A stretch of DNA of 32,000 bases, from NCBI RefSeq assembly GCF_000179635.2, contig NC_014833.1, positions 1,350,001 to 1,382,000 of the forward strand. Reading direction: 5' to 3'. How positions within the stretch are numbered: the stretch's first letter is position 1; each line of letters opens with the position of its first letter. Of this stretch, positions 1-8,498 are shown in pieces. The stretch is from Ruminococcus albus 7 = DSM 20455. Its GTDB lineage: Bacteria; Bacillota; Clostridia; Oscillospirales; Ruminococcaceae. The position numbers were made by a program, and so were the translations under genes. Under the pieces are notes generated by a model. The model did not search any database and was not told the DNA's origin. It saw nothing but the letters and a program-made list of their open reading frames with translations.

Positions 1-491
1 TTATCGGCAGAGATCTTCTTAAAGAACCCGGACTTTCAAGGACACTTCTTGGTGACGGTATAGGATCCATGGCAGGCGCATTTTTCGGCGGCTGTCCCAA
101 TACCACCTACGGCGAAAGCGTGGGCTGTGTTGCCATAACGGGCAACGCTTCGACAGTGACTATAATAGCGGCTGCAATTGGCTGTATACTGTTTTCGTTT
201 GTAACGCCCTTTGTGGCTTTTGTAGATTCAATACCCTCATGCGTAATGGGTGGTGTTTGCGTGGCACTTTACGGTTTTATCGCTGTTTCGGGTCTTAAAA
301 TGCTCAAAGAAGTCGATCTTGATGAGAATCGCAATCTGTTTACAGCTTCAGTTATATTTATTGCAGGCATCGGCGGACTAAGCATAAGCTTCGGCAAGGT
401 AACGCTGACAGAGATAGCTGCCGCACTGATACTCGGCATACTGACTAATGTGATGTTGTCCAAAAAAACAGACAACAACAAAGACGAATGA
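1..491 (+). CDS. uraA: Uracil/nucleobase:cation symporter (NCS2 family), 3' part; the 5' end lies upstream of the window
   Basis: The frame is open from base 3. The translation ...GDGIGSMAGAFFGGCPNTTYGESVGCVAITG... carries the PNTTYGENIG-type loop and following TM helices of UraA/PyrP permeases. It lies directly upstream of upp. Confidence 0.85.
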   Translation, partial: IGRDLLKEPGLSRTLLGDGIGSMAGAFFGGCPNTTYGESVGCVAITGNASTVTIIAAAIGCILFSFVTPFVAFVDSIPSCVMGGVCVALYGFIAVSGLKMLKEVDLDENRNLFTASVIFIAGIGGLSISFGKVTLTEIAAALILGILTNVMLSKKTDNNKDE

Positions 492-548
492 CGAAAAACC
501 GAGAGTAATTTAAAACAATGATACTATAAATAAAGCGAGGTTTTCAAA

Positions 549-1178
549 ATGGGAAAAGTAACAGTTATCGACCATCCGCTTATCAAGCACAAGATATCTT
601 TGCTGCGTGATGAAAACACGGGTACAAGGGATTTCAGAATACTCGTCGAGGAGATAGCCATGCTTATGGGCTATGAGGCTCTCCGCGACCTGCCCACCGA
701 GCTGGTGAGCGTAAAAACGCCTATAACTACGGCTGATGTGCCTATGCTTTCAGGCAAGAAGCTGGCAGTTGTGCCGATACTCCGTGCAGGTCTCGGCATG
801 GTGAATGGCATACTTGCACTGGTGCCATCCGCAAAGGTAGGCCATATAGGTCTTTACAGGGACGAAGTTACCCATGAGCCCCATGAGTACTTCTGCAAGC
901 TCCCTGAAAATATTGACGAGAGACTTGTTATACTTCCCGACCCAATGCTGGCTACGGGTGGTTCGGCTATTACTGCTGTTGATTTCATCAAGCAGCGCGG
1001 CTGCACCAATATAAAGTTCATGTGCATAATAGCAGCTCCCGAGGGTCTGGAGGCGCTGAAAAAGGCTCACCCCGATATCGACATTTATGTTGGAAGCCTT
1101 GATGAAAAACTCAATGAGAACGCATATATCGTACCGGGTCTTGGTGATGCGGGTGACAGGATCTTCGGAACGAAGTAA
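549..1178 (+). CDS. upp: Uracil phosphoribosyltransferase
   Basis: 209 aa. N-terminus [28 protein letters not shown] loop [13 protein letters not shown] and C-terminal [17 protein letters not shown] are classic Upp signatures. Confidence 0.97.
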   Translation: MGKVTVIDHPLIKHKISLLRDENTGTRDFRILVEEIAMLMGYEALRDLPTELVSVKTPITTADVPMLSGKKLAVVPILRAGLGMVNGILALVPSAKVGHIGLYRDEVTHEPHEYFCKLPENIDERLVILPDPMLATGGSAITAVDFIKQRGCTNIKFMCIIAAPEGLEALKKAHPDIDIYVGSLDEKLNENAYIVPGLGDAGDRIFGTK

Positions 1179-1200
1179 ACACTGAAAGGAGAGAACGCTG

Positions 1201-1755
1201 ATGCAGATAACCAATATGCCTGAATTCCATAAGCATATAAAAAGAGTTATAATCTCCGAGGAGGAGCTGAGGGATGCTGTTCAGAAGACAGGCGAGATAA
1301 TCAGTATGGAGTATAAAGACAAGCCTCTGCTGCTTGTAAGTATACTCAAAGGTGCCTATGTGTTCCTTGCAGACCTAAGCCGCGCCATAACCATACCGCA
1401 TGAGATAGGTTTTATGGCGGCGAAAAGCTATTTTGAAAGCACTGAAAGCTCGGGCACTGTGGATATAACCCTAGATCTCAAGCAGGATATCAGCAAGTAT
1501 CACGTTGTGATAGTTGAAGATATAATCGACACCGGAAGGACTCTCAGCAAGGTAAAGGAGTACCTTGAAAGCAAGGGACCTTTATCCCTTAAAATAATCA
1601 CTATGCTTGATAAGCCCGAAAGAAGACTGGTAAAACTGCAGTCGGATTATTCACTGTTTACTATACCCGATTATTTCGTTATAGGTTATGGTCTTGATTA
1701 CGGCGAGTATTACCGCAATCTGCCGTGTATAGCTGAATTTGAGGAGGGCGAATGA
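1201..1755 (+). CDS. hpt: Hypoxanthine(-guanine) phosphoribosyltransferase
   Basis: 184 aa. LLLVSILKGAYVFLADL, PRPP motif VVIVEDIIDTGRTL and C-terminal GYGLDYGEYYRNLPCI. An AGGAG RBS lies 7 nt upstream of the ATG. Confidence 0.95.
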   Translation: MQITNMPEFHKHIKRVIISEEELRDAVQKTGEIISMEYKDKPLLLVSILKGAYVFLADLSRAITIPHEIGFMAAKSYFESTESSGTVDITLDLKQDISKYHVVIVEDIIDTGRTLSKVKEYLESKGPLSLKIITMLDKPERRLVKLQSDYSLFTIPDYFVIGYGLDYGEYYRNLPCIAEFEEGE

Positions 1756-1756
1756 T

Positions 1757-3208
1757 ATGGGGAGCAAAACAAAGAAGAAGAGGAACCATATCACGCACCC
1801 ATCTGAACGAATGGGCAGCAAGGAAGTACAGACCGTGACCGAAACAGGTGCGCTTGGAAAATTCTTCAAGCTGAATGCACGCGGCACAGATGTCCGCACA
1901 GAGGTAATGGCAGGTCTAACCACATTTATGACTATGGCATATATCCTTGCGGTGAACCCCAGTGTGCTTTCAGCGGCGGGCATGGACAGCACTGCTGTAT
2001 TGCTGGCTACCTGTCTTGCATCCTTTATCGGAACTATGTGCATGGGACTTTTGGCGAATCTGCCTTTTGCCTTGTCGGCAGGCATGGGACTGAATGCATT
2101 CATGGCATACACTGTATGCGGCTCTATGGGATATTCCTGGCAGGTGGCACTGCTGGCTGTATTCATCGAGGGTGTGATATTTATAGTCCTCTCCGCTACC
2201 AAGGTAAGAGAAGCTATATTTGACTGTATACCGTTATCACTGAAAAAAGCGGTATCTGTAGGTATAGGTCTGTTCATAGCCTTTATAGGACTTCAGAACT
2301 CAAAGCTGGTAGTTGGCGGCGCGACACTGGTGGAGATGGTGGATTTCAGACAGGAATTCACAACACGGGGGATATGCGCACTGCTGACAGTCATAGGTAC
2401 TGCCGCCATGGCGATACTCTATATCAAAAAGGTGCCCGGTTCCATACTTATAGGTATATTCGGAACGTGGATACTTGGTATGATATGCCAGGGCATCGGG
2501 CTTTACGTGCCTGATAATGAGAACTGGTTCTCATTGTTTCCAAGCTTTACTATGACAGATTTTTCGGCATTGGGCAAGACCTTCGGACAGTGCTTTAATG
2601 TTGATATGAACAGTGTGGGTATATTCAATTTCATAGTGGTAGTATTCTCATTCCTGTTCGTTGACCTGTTCGATACACTGGGTACTCTCATTGGTGTGGC
2701 TTCAAAGGCTGATATGCTTGACAAGGACGGCAAGCTGCAGGCGATACGTCCAGCACTTATGGCTGATGCTGTTGCAACTACTGGCGGTGCTGTACTGGGT
2801 ACTTCCACCACAACTACTTTTGTTGAATCCGCAGCAGGTGTTGGTGCAGGCGGAAGAACGGGACTTACAGCGGTGACTACTGCAGTACTGTTTCTGGCAT
2901 CCATGCTGTTTGCGCCTGTATTCATAGCGATACCATCCTTTGCCACCGCACCGGCGCTCATCGTTGTAGGTTTCCTGATGTTCAGCTCGATAACCGATAT
3001 CAGGTTCGATGCGGATAACTACACTGAGGCTCTGCCTGCTTATTTCTGCATACTGGCTATGCCATTGTTCTACAGTATAGCTGAGGGTATCGCTGTTGGT
3101 GTTATGTCTTACGTGGTAATAAATCTCTTCTGCGGAAAGGCTAAGAAAATAAATCCGATAATGTATGTGTTGTCGGTACTGTTCGTGCTGAAATATATCT
3201 TCCTGTAA
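1757..3208 (+). CDS. Adenine/guanine/hypoxanthine permease (NCS2, AzgA/PbuG-like)
   Basis: Polytopic membrane protein with FKLNARGTDVRTEVMAGLTTFMTMAYILAVNP and FVESAAGVGAGGRTGLTAV, typical of AzgA-type purine permeases. I take the ATG at 1757 behind GAGGAGG rather than the TTG at 1739 in the ORF track. Confidence 0.9.
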   Translation: MGSKTKKKRNHITHPSERMGSKEVQTVTETGALGKFFKLNARGTDVRTEVMAGLTTFMTMAYILAVNPSVLSAAGMDSTAVLLATCLASFIGTMCMGLLANLPFALSAGMGLNAFMAYTVCGSMGYSWQVALLAVFIEGVIFIVLSATKVREAIFDCIPLSLKKAVSVGIGLFIAFIGLQNSKLVVGGATLVEMVDFRQEFTTRGICALLTVIGTAAMAILYIKKVPGSILIGIFGTWILGMICQGIGLYVPDNENWFSLFPSFTMTDFSALGKTFGQCFNVDMNSVGIFNFIVVVFSFLFVDLFDTLGTLIGVASKADMLDKDGKLQAIRPALMADAVATTGGAVLGTSTTTTFVESAAGVGAGGRTGLTAVTTAVLFLASMLFAPVFIAIPSFATAPALIVVGFLMFSSITDIRFDADNYTEALPAYFCILAMPLFYSIAEGIAVGVMSYVVINLFCGKAKKINPIMYVLSVLFVLKYIFL

Positions 3209-3243
3209 TATGGATATTTATGAAAGGGCAGGGATGATGAGAT

Positions 3244-3633
3244 ATGGAAAAGAAAAGGATATTTGGTGTGGTATTCGCAGTTATACTGATGGTGGTGCTG
3301 TTCGTTGAGGGCAGTATACTCAGGGAACTTGTCAACTGCGGTTACGGACTTGCTGAGCTTCCGAAGACCACTATGGTATTTCTGAAGATGAACAAGGGTT
3401 TTACGGTAAGTAATCATTCAGAGGACGGTAAGATAGAATTCATCGGCAGCAGCAAGGATAATTACGGCGATTATTTCAGCAAGAAAGGCTATCATCTTGT
3501 ATACGATATGGACGGCGTAAAATATTACGGCAAAGGCGAGGACAGCGATTTCGGCATAGCTGTCAAAGAGAAGAACAGCTGGTTCGCGGTATATAAGATA
3601 TCGGAAGATCATCCTATAGAGGATATCGGCTGA
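3244..3633 (+). CDS. Hypothetical small protein with an N-terminal membrane anchor
   Basis: 129-aa ORF with one hydrophobic N-terminal helix (IFGVVFAVILMVVLFV). Same strand and tight spacing within the salvage cluster. No recognisable motif. Confidence 0.5.
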   Translation: MEKKRIFGVVFAVILMVVLFVEGSILRELVNCGYGLAELPKTTMVFLKMNKGFTVSNHSEDGKIEFIGSSKDNYGDYFSKKGYHLVYDMDGVKYYGKGEDSDFGIAVKEKNSWFAVYKISEDHPIEDIG

Positions 3634-3681
3634 ACTATAGTTAACAAGGCGGAATTTCGCCTGACATAAGGAGTGTTTGAA

Positions 3682-4218
3682 ATGGAAACATATACATTGA
3701 AGGTGGCAGGTCTTACAAGAGAACTGCCTATATGCGCTGCAAGCGAGAAACTGGACATAGCTGCATTCATCATGTTCTCTGATGTGGAGATGACTGTTGA
3801 GGCTGCTGCGGAGCTGCTGAAAAAAGCTCCCGATTTTGATGTTATCATCACAGCCGAATCAAAAGGCATACCGCTGGCTTATGAGGCAGCAAGACAGTCT
3901 GGAAAGAATTATGTGGTAGCAAGAAAATCAGTAAAGCTGTACATGACAGATCCTATATCGGTACAGGTGAAGTCCATAACCACAGCGGCTGTGCAGACAC
4001 TTTATCTTTCACAGGAAGATGTGGCAAGGCTGAAGGGCAAGCGCGTGCTTATACTTGATGATGTTATAAGCACAGGAGAATCTCTCACTGCAGTGGAAGA
4101 ACTTGTCAGGGAAGCAGGCGGAAACATAGTTGGTGCAGGTGCTGTGCTGGCTGAGGGCGATGCTGCTGACAGGACAGATATCTTTTTCCTTGAAAAGCTC
4201 CCGCTGTTCTTCAAATAA
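3682..4218 (+). CDS. Phosphoribosyltransferase-family protein (adenine/xanthine PRT-like)
   Basis: PRPP-binding motif RVLILDDVISTGESL and a type I PRT fold pattern. The ATG at 3682 follows AAGGAG. The ORF-track start at 3673 is a GTG inside that RBS. Confidence 0.8.
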   Translation: METYTLKVAGLTRELPICAASEKLDIAAFIMFSDVEMTVEAAAELLKKAPDFDVIITAESKGIPLAYEAARQSGKNYVVARKSVKLYMTDPISVQVKSITTAAVQTLYLSQEDVARLKGKRVLILDDVISTGESLTAVEELVREAGGNIVGAGAVLAEGDAADRTDIFFLEKLPLFFK

Positions 4219-4227
4219 TGTATTCAC

Positions 4228-4256
4228 AGGCGCTTCCCGACAGGGGAGCGCCTTTT
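4228..4256 (+). terminator. Intrinsic terminator of the salvage operon
   Basis: AGGCGCTTCCC-GACA-GGGGAGCGCCT hairpin followed by TTTT. Confidence 0.85.
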
Positions 4257-4289
4257 GTGTATAAGCCGTTAGTGTATTTATGTCAAGGC

Positions 4290-4318
4290 TTTACATTTGT
4301 GCGGAAATCTGATATAAT
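4290..4318 (+). promoter_or_regulatory. Sigma-A type promoter for the Mrr-like gene
   Basis: TTTACA-N17-TATAAT with a TGn extended -10, about 28 nt upstream of the ATG at 4346. Confidence 0.6.
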
Positions 4319-4345
4319 ATCACAGTGAAAGTGTGGTGACGGTAT

Positions 4346-5215
4346 ATGAAACGCATATTATTCTTTGCGGCGGTACTTCTGGCACTGTCGGTGTACAGCT
4401 CGGTAAAGCTTGCAAACTATTTCGGTACGGGCGGTGACCGTCCGGGATACTGTGGGTATATGATCTATCTGCCGTTTCTGAGTATACCGCTTTATCTCGG
4501 TGCGTCGTTTATACGTCATTTAGGCAGGCTCACTCTGAAAAAACTTGATAATATGGAGGGGCATGATTTTGAATATGCCTGTGCGGGTATACTCAAAGCC
4601 AACGGTTTTCGTGATATAGAAGTGACCAAGGGCTCGGGGGATTTCGGAGTTGATATAATCGCGGTGAAGAAGCGTAAAAAATATGCAGTGCAGTGCAAGC
4701 GCTACGATAAAAAGCTTGGGAATCCAGCGGTGCAGGAGGTCATAGGTGGACTGGCTTACTACGGCTGTGAGGCAGGTGCCGTTATGACCAACAGCTATTT
4801 TACCGAGTCAGCCCGAAAGCTTGCAGAGGTAAACGGCATTGAACTGTGGGACAGGGATACGCTGGCTGATATGCTGAAAAAGCAGGGTAATGCAAAATAC
4901 ATCCTTGAAACAGTTCCTGCGGATATGGAGGATATACCGCCAGAGAGCGTATGTGCCCTTACGGTGGAGAGATTTTTTGAAGATCATGGGATAACGGTGC
5001 AGACGGTAAATACCGAGTATCTTGAAGACAGCTGTGAGCTGCTTATGGAGATAGTGCCTGAAACAGGAGTAAGGATAAGTGATATACGTGACCTTGCTCC
5101 CGAACTGGCTATCCACGGGGGATGGGAATATGTTACCTGTGTTTTCCCCTCCCACACCGCAGGTACTGTAGGGCTTGAGATACCCCTTGAAATGGATGAT
5201 ATTGATAAAGAATAA
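4346..5215 (+). CDS. Membrane-anchored Mrr-type (Mrr_cat) restriction-endonuclease-fold protein with an FtsK-alpha-like C-terminal domain
   Basis: Two N-terminal hydrophobic helices. Core GHDFEYACAGILKANGF...GDFGVDIIAVKKRKKYAVQCKRY...AVMTNSYFTESA fits the Mrr_cat D...(E/Q)xK pattern. The C-terminus PETGVRISDIRDLAPELA...TVGLEIPL resembles the FtsK alpha domain. Confidence 0.8.
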   Translation: MKRILFFAAVLLALSVYSSVKLANYFGTGGDRPGYCGYMIYLPFLSIPLYLGASFIRHLGRLTLKKLDNMEGHDFEYACAGILKANGFRDIEVTKGSGDFGVDIIAVKKRKKYAVQCKRYDKKLGNPAVQEVIGGLAYYGCEAGAVMTNSYFTESARKLAEVNGIELWDRDTLADMLKKQGNAKYILETVPADMEDIPPESVCALTVERFFEDHGITVQTVNTEYLEDSCELLMEIVPETGVRISDIRDLAPELAIHGGWEYVTCVFPSHTAGTVGLEIPLEMDDIDKE

Positions 5216-5251
5216 AAGGCACTTTATGTCAAAATCTGACTAAAGTGCCTT
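5216..5251. terminator. Bidirectional terminator hairpin between convergent genes
   Basis: 11-bp perfect stem AAGGCACTTTA / TAAAGTGCCTT. Confidence 0.8.
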
Positions 5252-5279
5252 GCTTTGTATTAAATGGTTAGAACGGTAT

Positions 5280-6149
5280 CTACCCTATATCCCAAAAATA
5301 ATCGGGTGAAGTAGTATACTGCACGTTTTTGGGATATCCTTCTGTACTGTATCCCTTAGGTATCAATTCGATTTGTGAATTAAAATGATCGGTATTATCC
5401 GATCGGTAATTTGCATTAAACCGAAGTACATTTTTTGACATATATTCTATATAATAATCGTAATCAAAATCACTTCCGTTATATGAAGCATTTTTGTTTG
5501 CATGAAGATCACGCCCCGCAATTATCTCTTCACGAAGCTGTTGCAAAGATACAGGATCTCCGTTATCGTCAGTGAAATATAGCCGATATGTGGGGTCAAG
5601 CATTATTCTTGAACCCGACGGCAGCAAGCAGTCCACAACAACATGGCAATCCTGAAAGGGTTCTTCGTATGGCTTGCAGGTGATATGTCTTGCTTTTATT
5701 CCGTTCATGCGAAGCAGCTCGGCTAATATAAGCGATAAGCCCCTGCAATTTGTTTTGTGTTCGTGCTTTTCACAGCTTTTTATAACACCTTCAAGACTGG
5801 TACCGCCCGTTACAGCATGGCTATAGTGTCTGAAATTATCGCAGACAAAGTCCAGCATTGAAAATACGATAGCATCTCCATTTTCAGGATCTGTTTTGCA
5901 GTAATCTGAGTAATTATATTTTTGCAGTATCTTTGGTGCAGAACGACCAAGCACGAATTCAGGGGGATGTTTTCTGCTGACATTATCCTCTTTATACTCG
6001 CTGTATCTTCTGAGTAAATCTATCCGTTCCTCATAGGGAACGGCTCTTATAGTTTTCCCTGATCTGTACCTATAAAAGATCCTGACACATCCCAGAGTTA
6101 TCCAAAAACCAACGACACCGGCAATTATTATTCGCAAAACCAATTCCAT
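5280..6149 (-). CDS. Transglutaminase-like cysteine-protease-fold protein with an N-terminal TM anchor
   Basis: CRGLSLILAELLRMNGIKARHI...DCHVVVDCLL...IMLDPT matches the Cys-His-Asp core of the transglutaminase-like superfamily. The N-terminal helix is IIIAGVVGFWITLGCV. Confidence 0.75.
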   Translation of the reverse strand: MELVLRIIIAGVVGFWITLGCVRIFYRYRSGKTIRAVPYEERIDLLRRYSEYKEDNVSRKHPPEFVLGRSAPKILQKYNYSDYCKTDPENGDAIVFSMLDFVCDNFRHYSHAVTGGTSLEGVIKSCEKHEHKTNCRGLSLILAELLRMNGIKARHITCKPYEEPFQDCHVVVDCLLPSGSRIMLDPTYRLYFTDDNGDPVSLQQLREEIIAGRDLHANKNASYNGSDFDYDYYIEYMSKNVLRFNANYRSDNTDHFNSQIELIPKGYSTEGYPKNVQYTTSPDYFWDIG

Positions 6150-6192
6150 AATTATTTCCAGTTCCTTATTTGCTTAAATTCTGTATTCGTAA

Positions 6193-6705
6193 TTATCTTA
6201 TAACTTCCAAAAAATATTCAGTCAGAGGCAAAGTTGCCCCCGAATGAAGCCCCTCGGGTATAACGGTGATATTATCAGCACCGTAATAATTAGTTTCCAG
6301 CGAGTGAGTATCTATCAGTTCATCGCTGCCGCCTATGATACAGTGGATTATGCTGCGGTCAGCTTTGGCAAGTTCACCGAAAAGCCTCACCATAGGCGCG
6401 ATGTCGCCTTCGTACCCCAGAAGAGGAAGATGATAGAAAGGCATAAGACAAGGGTTCACCAGCACTGCGGGTATGCCTGTTTCGGCGGACAGGACCGCCG
6501 CGAAAAATCCGCCGTAGCTTGTGCCGACGATGTACTGCGGAGTATATTCGGTTATGATCCCTCGAAGTTTTTCAGCTACCTCGTCCGGAGCGACAGCATC
6601 ATAATCAAATGGCGGTGAAACAACATCGTGTCCAATGGCTGTCAGCGCCCCGAAGGCTGCGTTCTCAGCACTGCCCCTGAATCCGTGTATATTAAGAATC
6701 TTCAT
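6193..6705 (-). CDS. YqiA-like alpha/beta-hydrolase (putative esterase)
   Basis: 170 aa. MKILNIHGFRGSAENA start, nucleophile elbow GTSYGG, and a late D...H (GGSDELID ... EGLHS). AGAGGT RBS. Confidence 0.75.
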   Translation of the reverse strand: MKILNIHGFRGSAENAAFGALTAIGHDVVSPPFDYDAVAPDEVAEKLRGIITEYTPQYIVGTSYGGFFAAVLSAETGIPAVLVNPCLMPFYHLPLLGYEGDIAPMVRLFGELAKADRSIIHCIIGGSDELIDTHSLETNYYGADNITVIPEGLHSGATLPLTEYFLEVIR

Positions 6706-6739
6706 AAGTGTACCTCTTTTTTATGTATAAAAACGAAAA

Positions 6740-6758
6740 AAGCAGCCAAAAGCTGCTT
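6740..6758 (-). terminator. Terminator-like hairpin inside the 5' leader of the esterase gene
   Basis: On the minus strand, AAGCAGC-loop-GCTGCTT is followed by TTTTTCGTTTTT. It lies between the promoter at 6818-6846 and the start codon at 6705. Confidence 0.55.
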
Positions 6759-6817
6759 CTTCGCCAAATCACCTAAACCTTCATAATTCGTAAGAAAATT
6801 AATTTCTCACAAGCATT

Positions 6818-6846
6818 ATTATACTACACGCAAGTGGTTTTGTCAA
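6818..6846 (-). promoter_or_regulatory. Consensus sigma-A promoter (minus strand)
   Basis: The reverse complement reads TTGACA-N17-TATAAT exactly. Confidence 0.7.
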
Positions 6847-6944
6847 TAGGAGAATAACTATTTTTTTAAAAACGGACAAAAATGAACGCAATTCGTTAAA
6901 TTGCATGATTATACACACTAAGTTAATTGCAAGTTACCATGTGC

Positions 6945-6973
6945 TTGACATTTTTTCGATATGGTGTTATACT
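6945..6973 (+). promoter_or_regulatory. Promoter of tyrA
   Basis: TTGACA-N17-TATACT with a TGn extended -10. Confidence 0.65.
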
Positions 6974-7014
6974 TTATTACATAAAAGCAATAAAACATGA
7001 AAGGATGTTTTTTT

Positions 7015-7854
7015 ATGAAGATCGGAATAGTCGGGCTGGGACTTATAGGTGGTTCTCTTGCCAAAGCAATAAAGAAAAATACTGATCACAGCTGTTTTGC
7101 TTACGATATAGACCGCGCAGCCATAGCAGGGGCTGTTGCGCAGGAGGCAATAGATGGTGAACTAACACCGGAAACACTGCATACCTGTGATGTTGTCATG
7201 GTGTGTCTGCACCCTGCACAGACTATTAAATTTATCCTTGATAATAAGGATAAATTCAAAAAAGGCGGCATTGTTATAGATTCATGCGGTGTCAAGGCTG
7301 CCATAGTTGAAGCGGTCGAAGCTCCGCTGAAGGAGGAGGGCGTGGTATTTATAGGCTGTCATCCCATGGCAGGACGTGAGTTTTCTGGCTTTGCTTACTC
7401 GGTCGATAATCTGTTTGAAAGGGCAAGCTTTATAATGACACCATCTGATGATGTATCTGCAAAGACAGTAAGGGAGATATCACAGCTTGCTTATGAGATA
7501 GGTTTTGCAAAGGTAGTTACTTCTACCTGTGAGGAGCACGACAGGATCATAGCATTTACTTCTCAGCTTGCCCATGTTGTATCGAGTGCGTATGTCAAAA
7601 GTCCGAGCCTTCTTAAACAGGCAGGCTTTTCGGCAGGTTCCTTCAAGGATCTTACCCGTGTGGCAAAGCTTAACGAGAATATGTGGACGGAGCTTTTTAT
7701 GATGAACAGACAGCCCCTTGTGGATGAGCTGGATTGTATAATAGCACGTCTGACAGAGTACCGTGATGCTATAAGGGACGGGGATGCAGATGATCTACGT
7801 GAACTGCTGAAGGCAGGCAGCGAGCTGAAGGATCTTTCAAATAATCAGCAGTGA
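7015..7854 (+). CDS. tyrA: Prephenate dehydrogenase
   Basis: Rossmann start MKIGIVGLGLIGGSLA, then GCHPMAGRE and FTSQLAHVVS motifs. An alternative in-frame ATG lies at 6997. Confidence 0.9.
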   Translation: MKIGIVGLGLIGGSLAKAIKKNTDHSCFAYDIDRAAIAGAVAQEAIDGELTPETLHTCDVVMVCLHPAQTIKFILDNKDKFKKGGIVIDSCGVKAAIVEAVEAPLKEEGVVFIGCHPMAGREFSGFAYSVDNLFERASFIMTPSDDVSAKTVREISQLAYEIGFAKVVTSTCEEHDRIIAFTSQLAHVVSSAYVKSPSLLKQAGFSAGSFKDLTRVAKLNENMWTELFMMNRQPLVDELDCIIARLTEYRDAIRDGDADDLRELLKAGSELKDLSNNQQ

Positions 7855-7860
7855 TAATTT

Positions 7861-7891
7861 CAGGGACAGCAAGGACTGTCCCTGTTTTTTT
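7861..7891 (+). terminator. Intrinsic terminator of tyrA
   Basis: CAGGGACAG-loop-CTGTCCCTG followed by a T7 run. Confidence 0.9.
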
Positions 7892-8319
7892 ATGCGTGTA
7901 TGCATCTTTTGCAGAGGTATGGCAAAACTATATGCAGAAGTTATATTATTAATATATTTGCATAGATGAGGGCTGATTAACTATTTCTCAAATTATTAGC
8001 AAGAATAATAGACTTAAAATGCCAAAATGAGGAAAGAGCAAATATGCGTAAGCAAGGTAAAAAGTCGTATTGTTAATGCAAAAAGTCGTTTAAAATATTA
8101 GACCAAAAAAGTACACTTTATTATGCTAAATCGCATATCTAGGTCGTTAAAAAATTAACATTCACAGCCGATTTGTCCATATTATAGGACACAAAAATCC
8201 ATTGACCATGTATGTGAAGGCATGACCCATGCATAAAACCTGCTTAAAATCAAGGATTTTTGGGCATTTTGAAACATATGAAGAAATTGTTAAGGTTACG
8301 TAATATTTCTGCTGTGACC

Positions 8320-8348
8320 TTGACATAGGGTGTCAAATGTGATATCCT
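8320..8348 (+). promoter_or_regulatory. Candidate pflB promoter whose -35 is part of a 17-bp palindrome
   Basis: TTGACA-N17-TATCCT with TGn. The -35 hexamer pairs with TGTCAA 5 nt downstream (TTGACATAGGGTGTCAA). Confidence 0.45.
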
Positions 8349-8438
8349 TTAATCAATAGATGATCTATATATTGTGTCAGGGTCCCGCAGGGGCGGGGCA
8401 GATCGTCCGAACAAAACCGCGGCATGAATGATAGGGCA

Positions 8439-8464
8439 GCTTTCGTCTGAAGCGGGAGCTTTTT
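8439..8464 (+). promoter_or_regulatory. Terminator-like hairpin in the pflB leader (possible attenuator)
   Basis: GCUUUCG-7 nt-CGGGAGC (with G-U pairs) followed by TTTTTGTTGTTG, about 35 nt before the pflB ATG. Confidence 0.35.
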
Positions 8465-8498
8465 GTTGTTGTGCTGCATAGTTAGGGAGAGATGTACA

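Noticed and set aside
1651-2277. 208-aa minus-strand ORF, and similar long antisense ORFs at 750-1214, 2503-2961, 13160-13729, 13760-14221, 16169-16846, 29947-30459 and 10083-10448.
   Set aside because: All lie fully inside, and antisense to or out of frame with, genes that have strong homology-type signatures. They have no RBS and are typical shadow ORFs.
7892-8319. AT-rich 430-bp region upstream of pflB, scanned for FNR (TTGAT-N4-ATCAA), Rex (TTGTGAA-N4-TTCACAA) and cre sites, small ORFs and repeats (AAAAAGTCGT occurs twice, 22 bp apart, at about 8058-8091).
   Set aside because: There are only half-site matches (for example TTCACA at about 8158) and a 10-aa mini-ORF. That is not enough to support a call.
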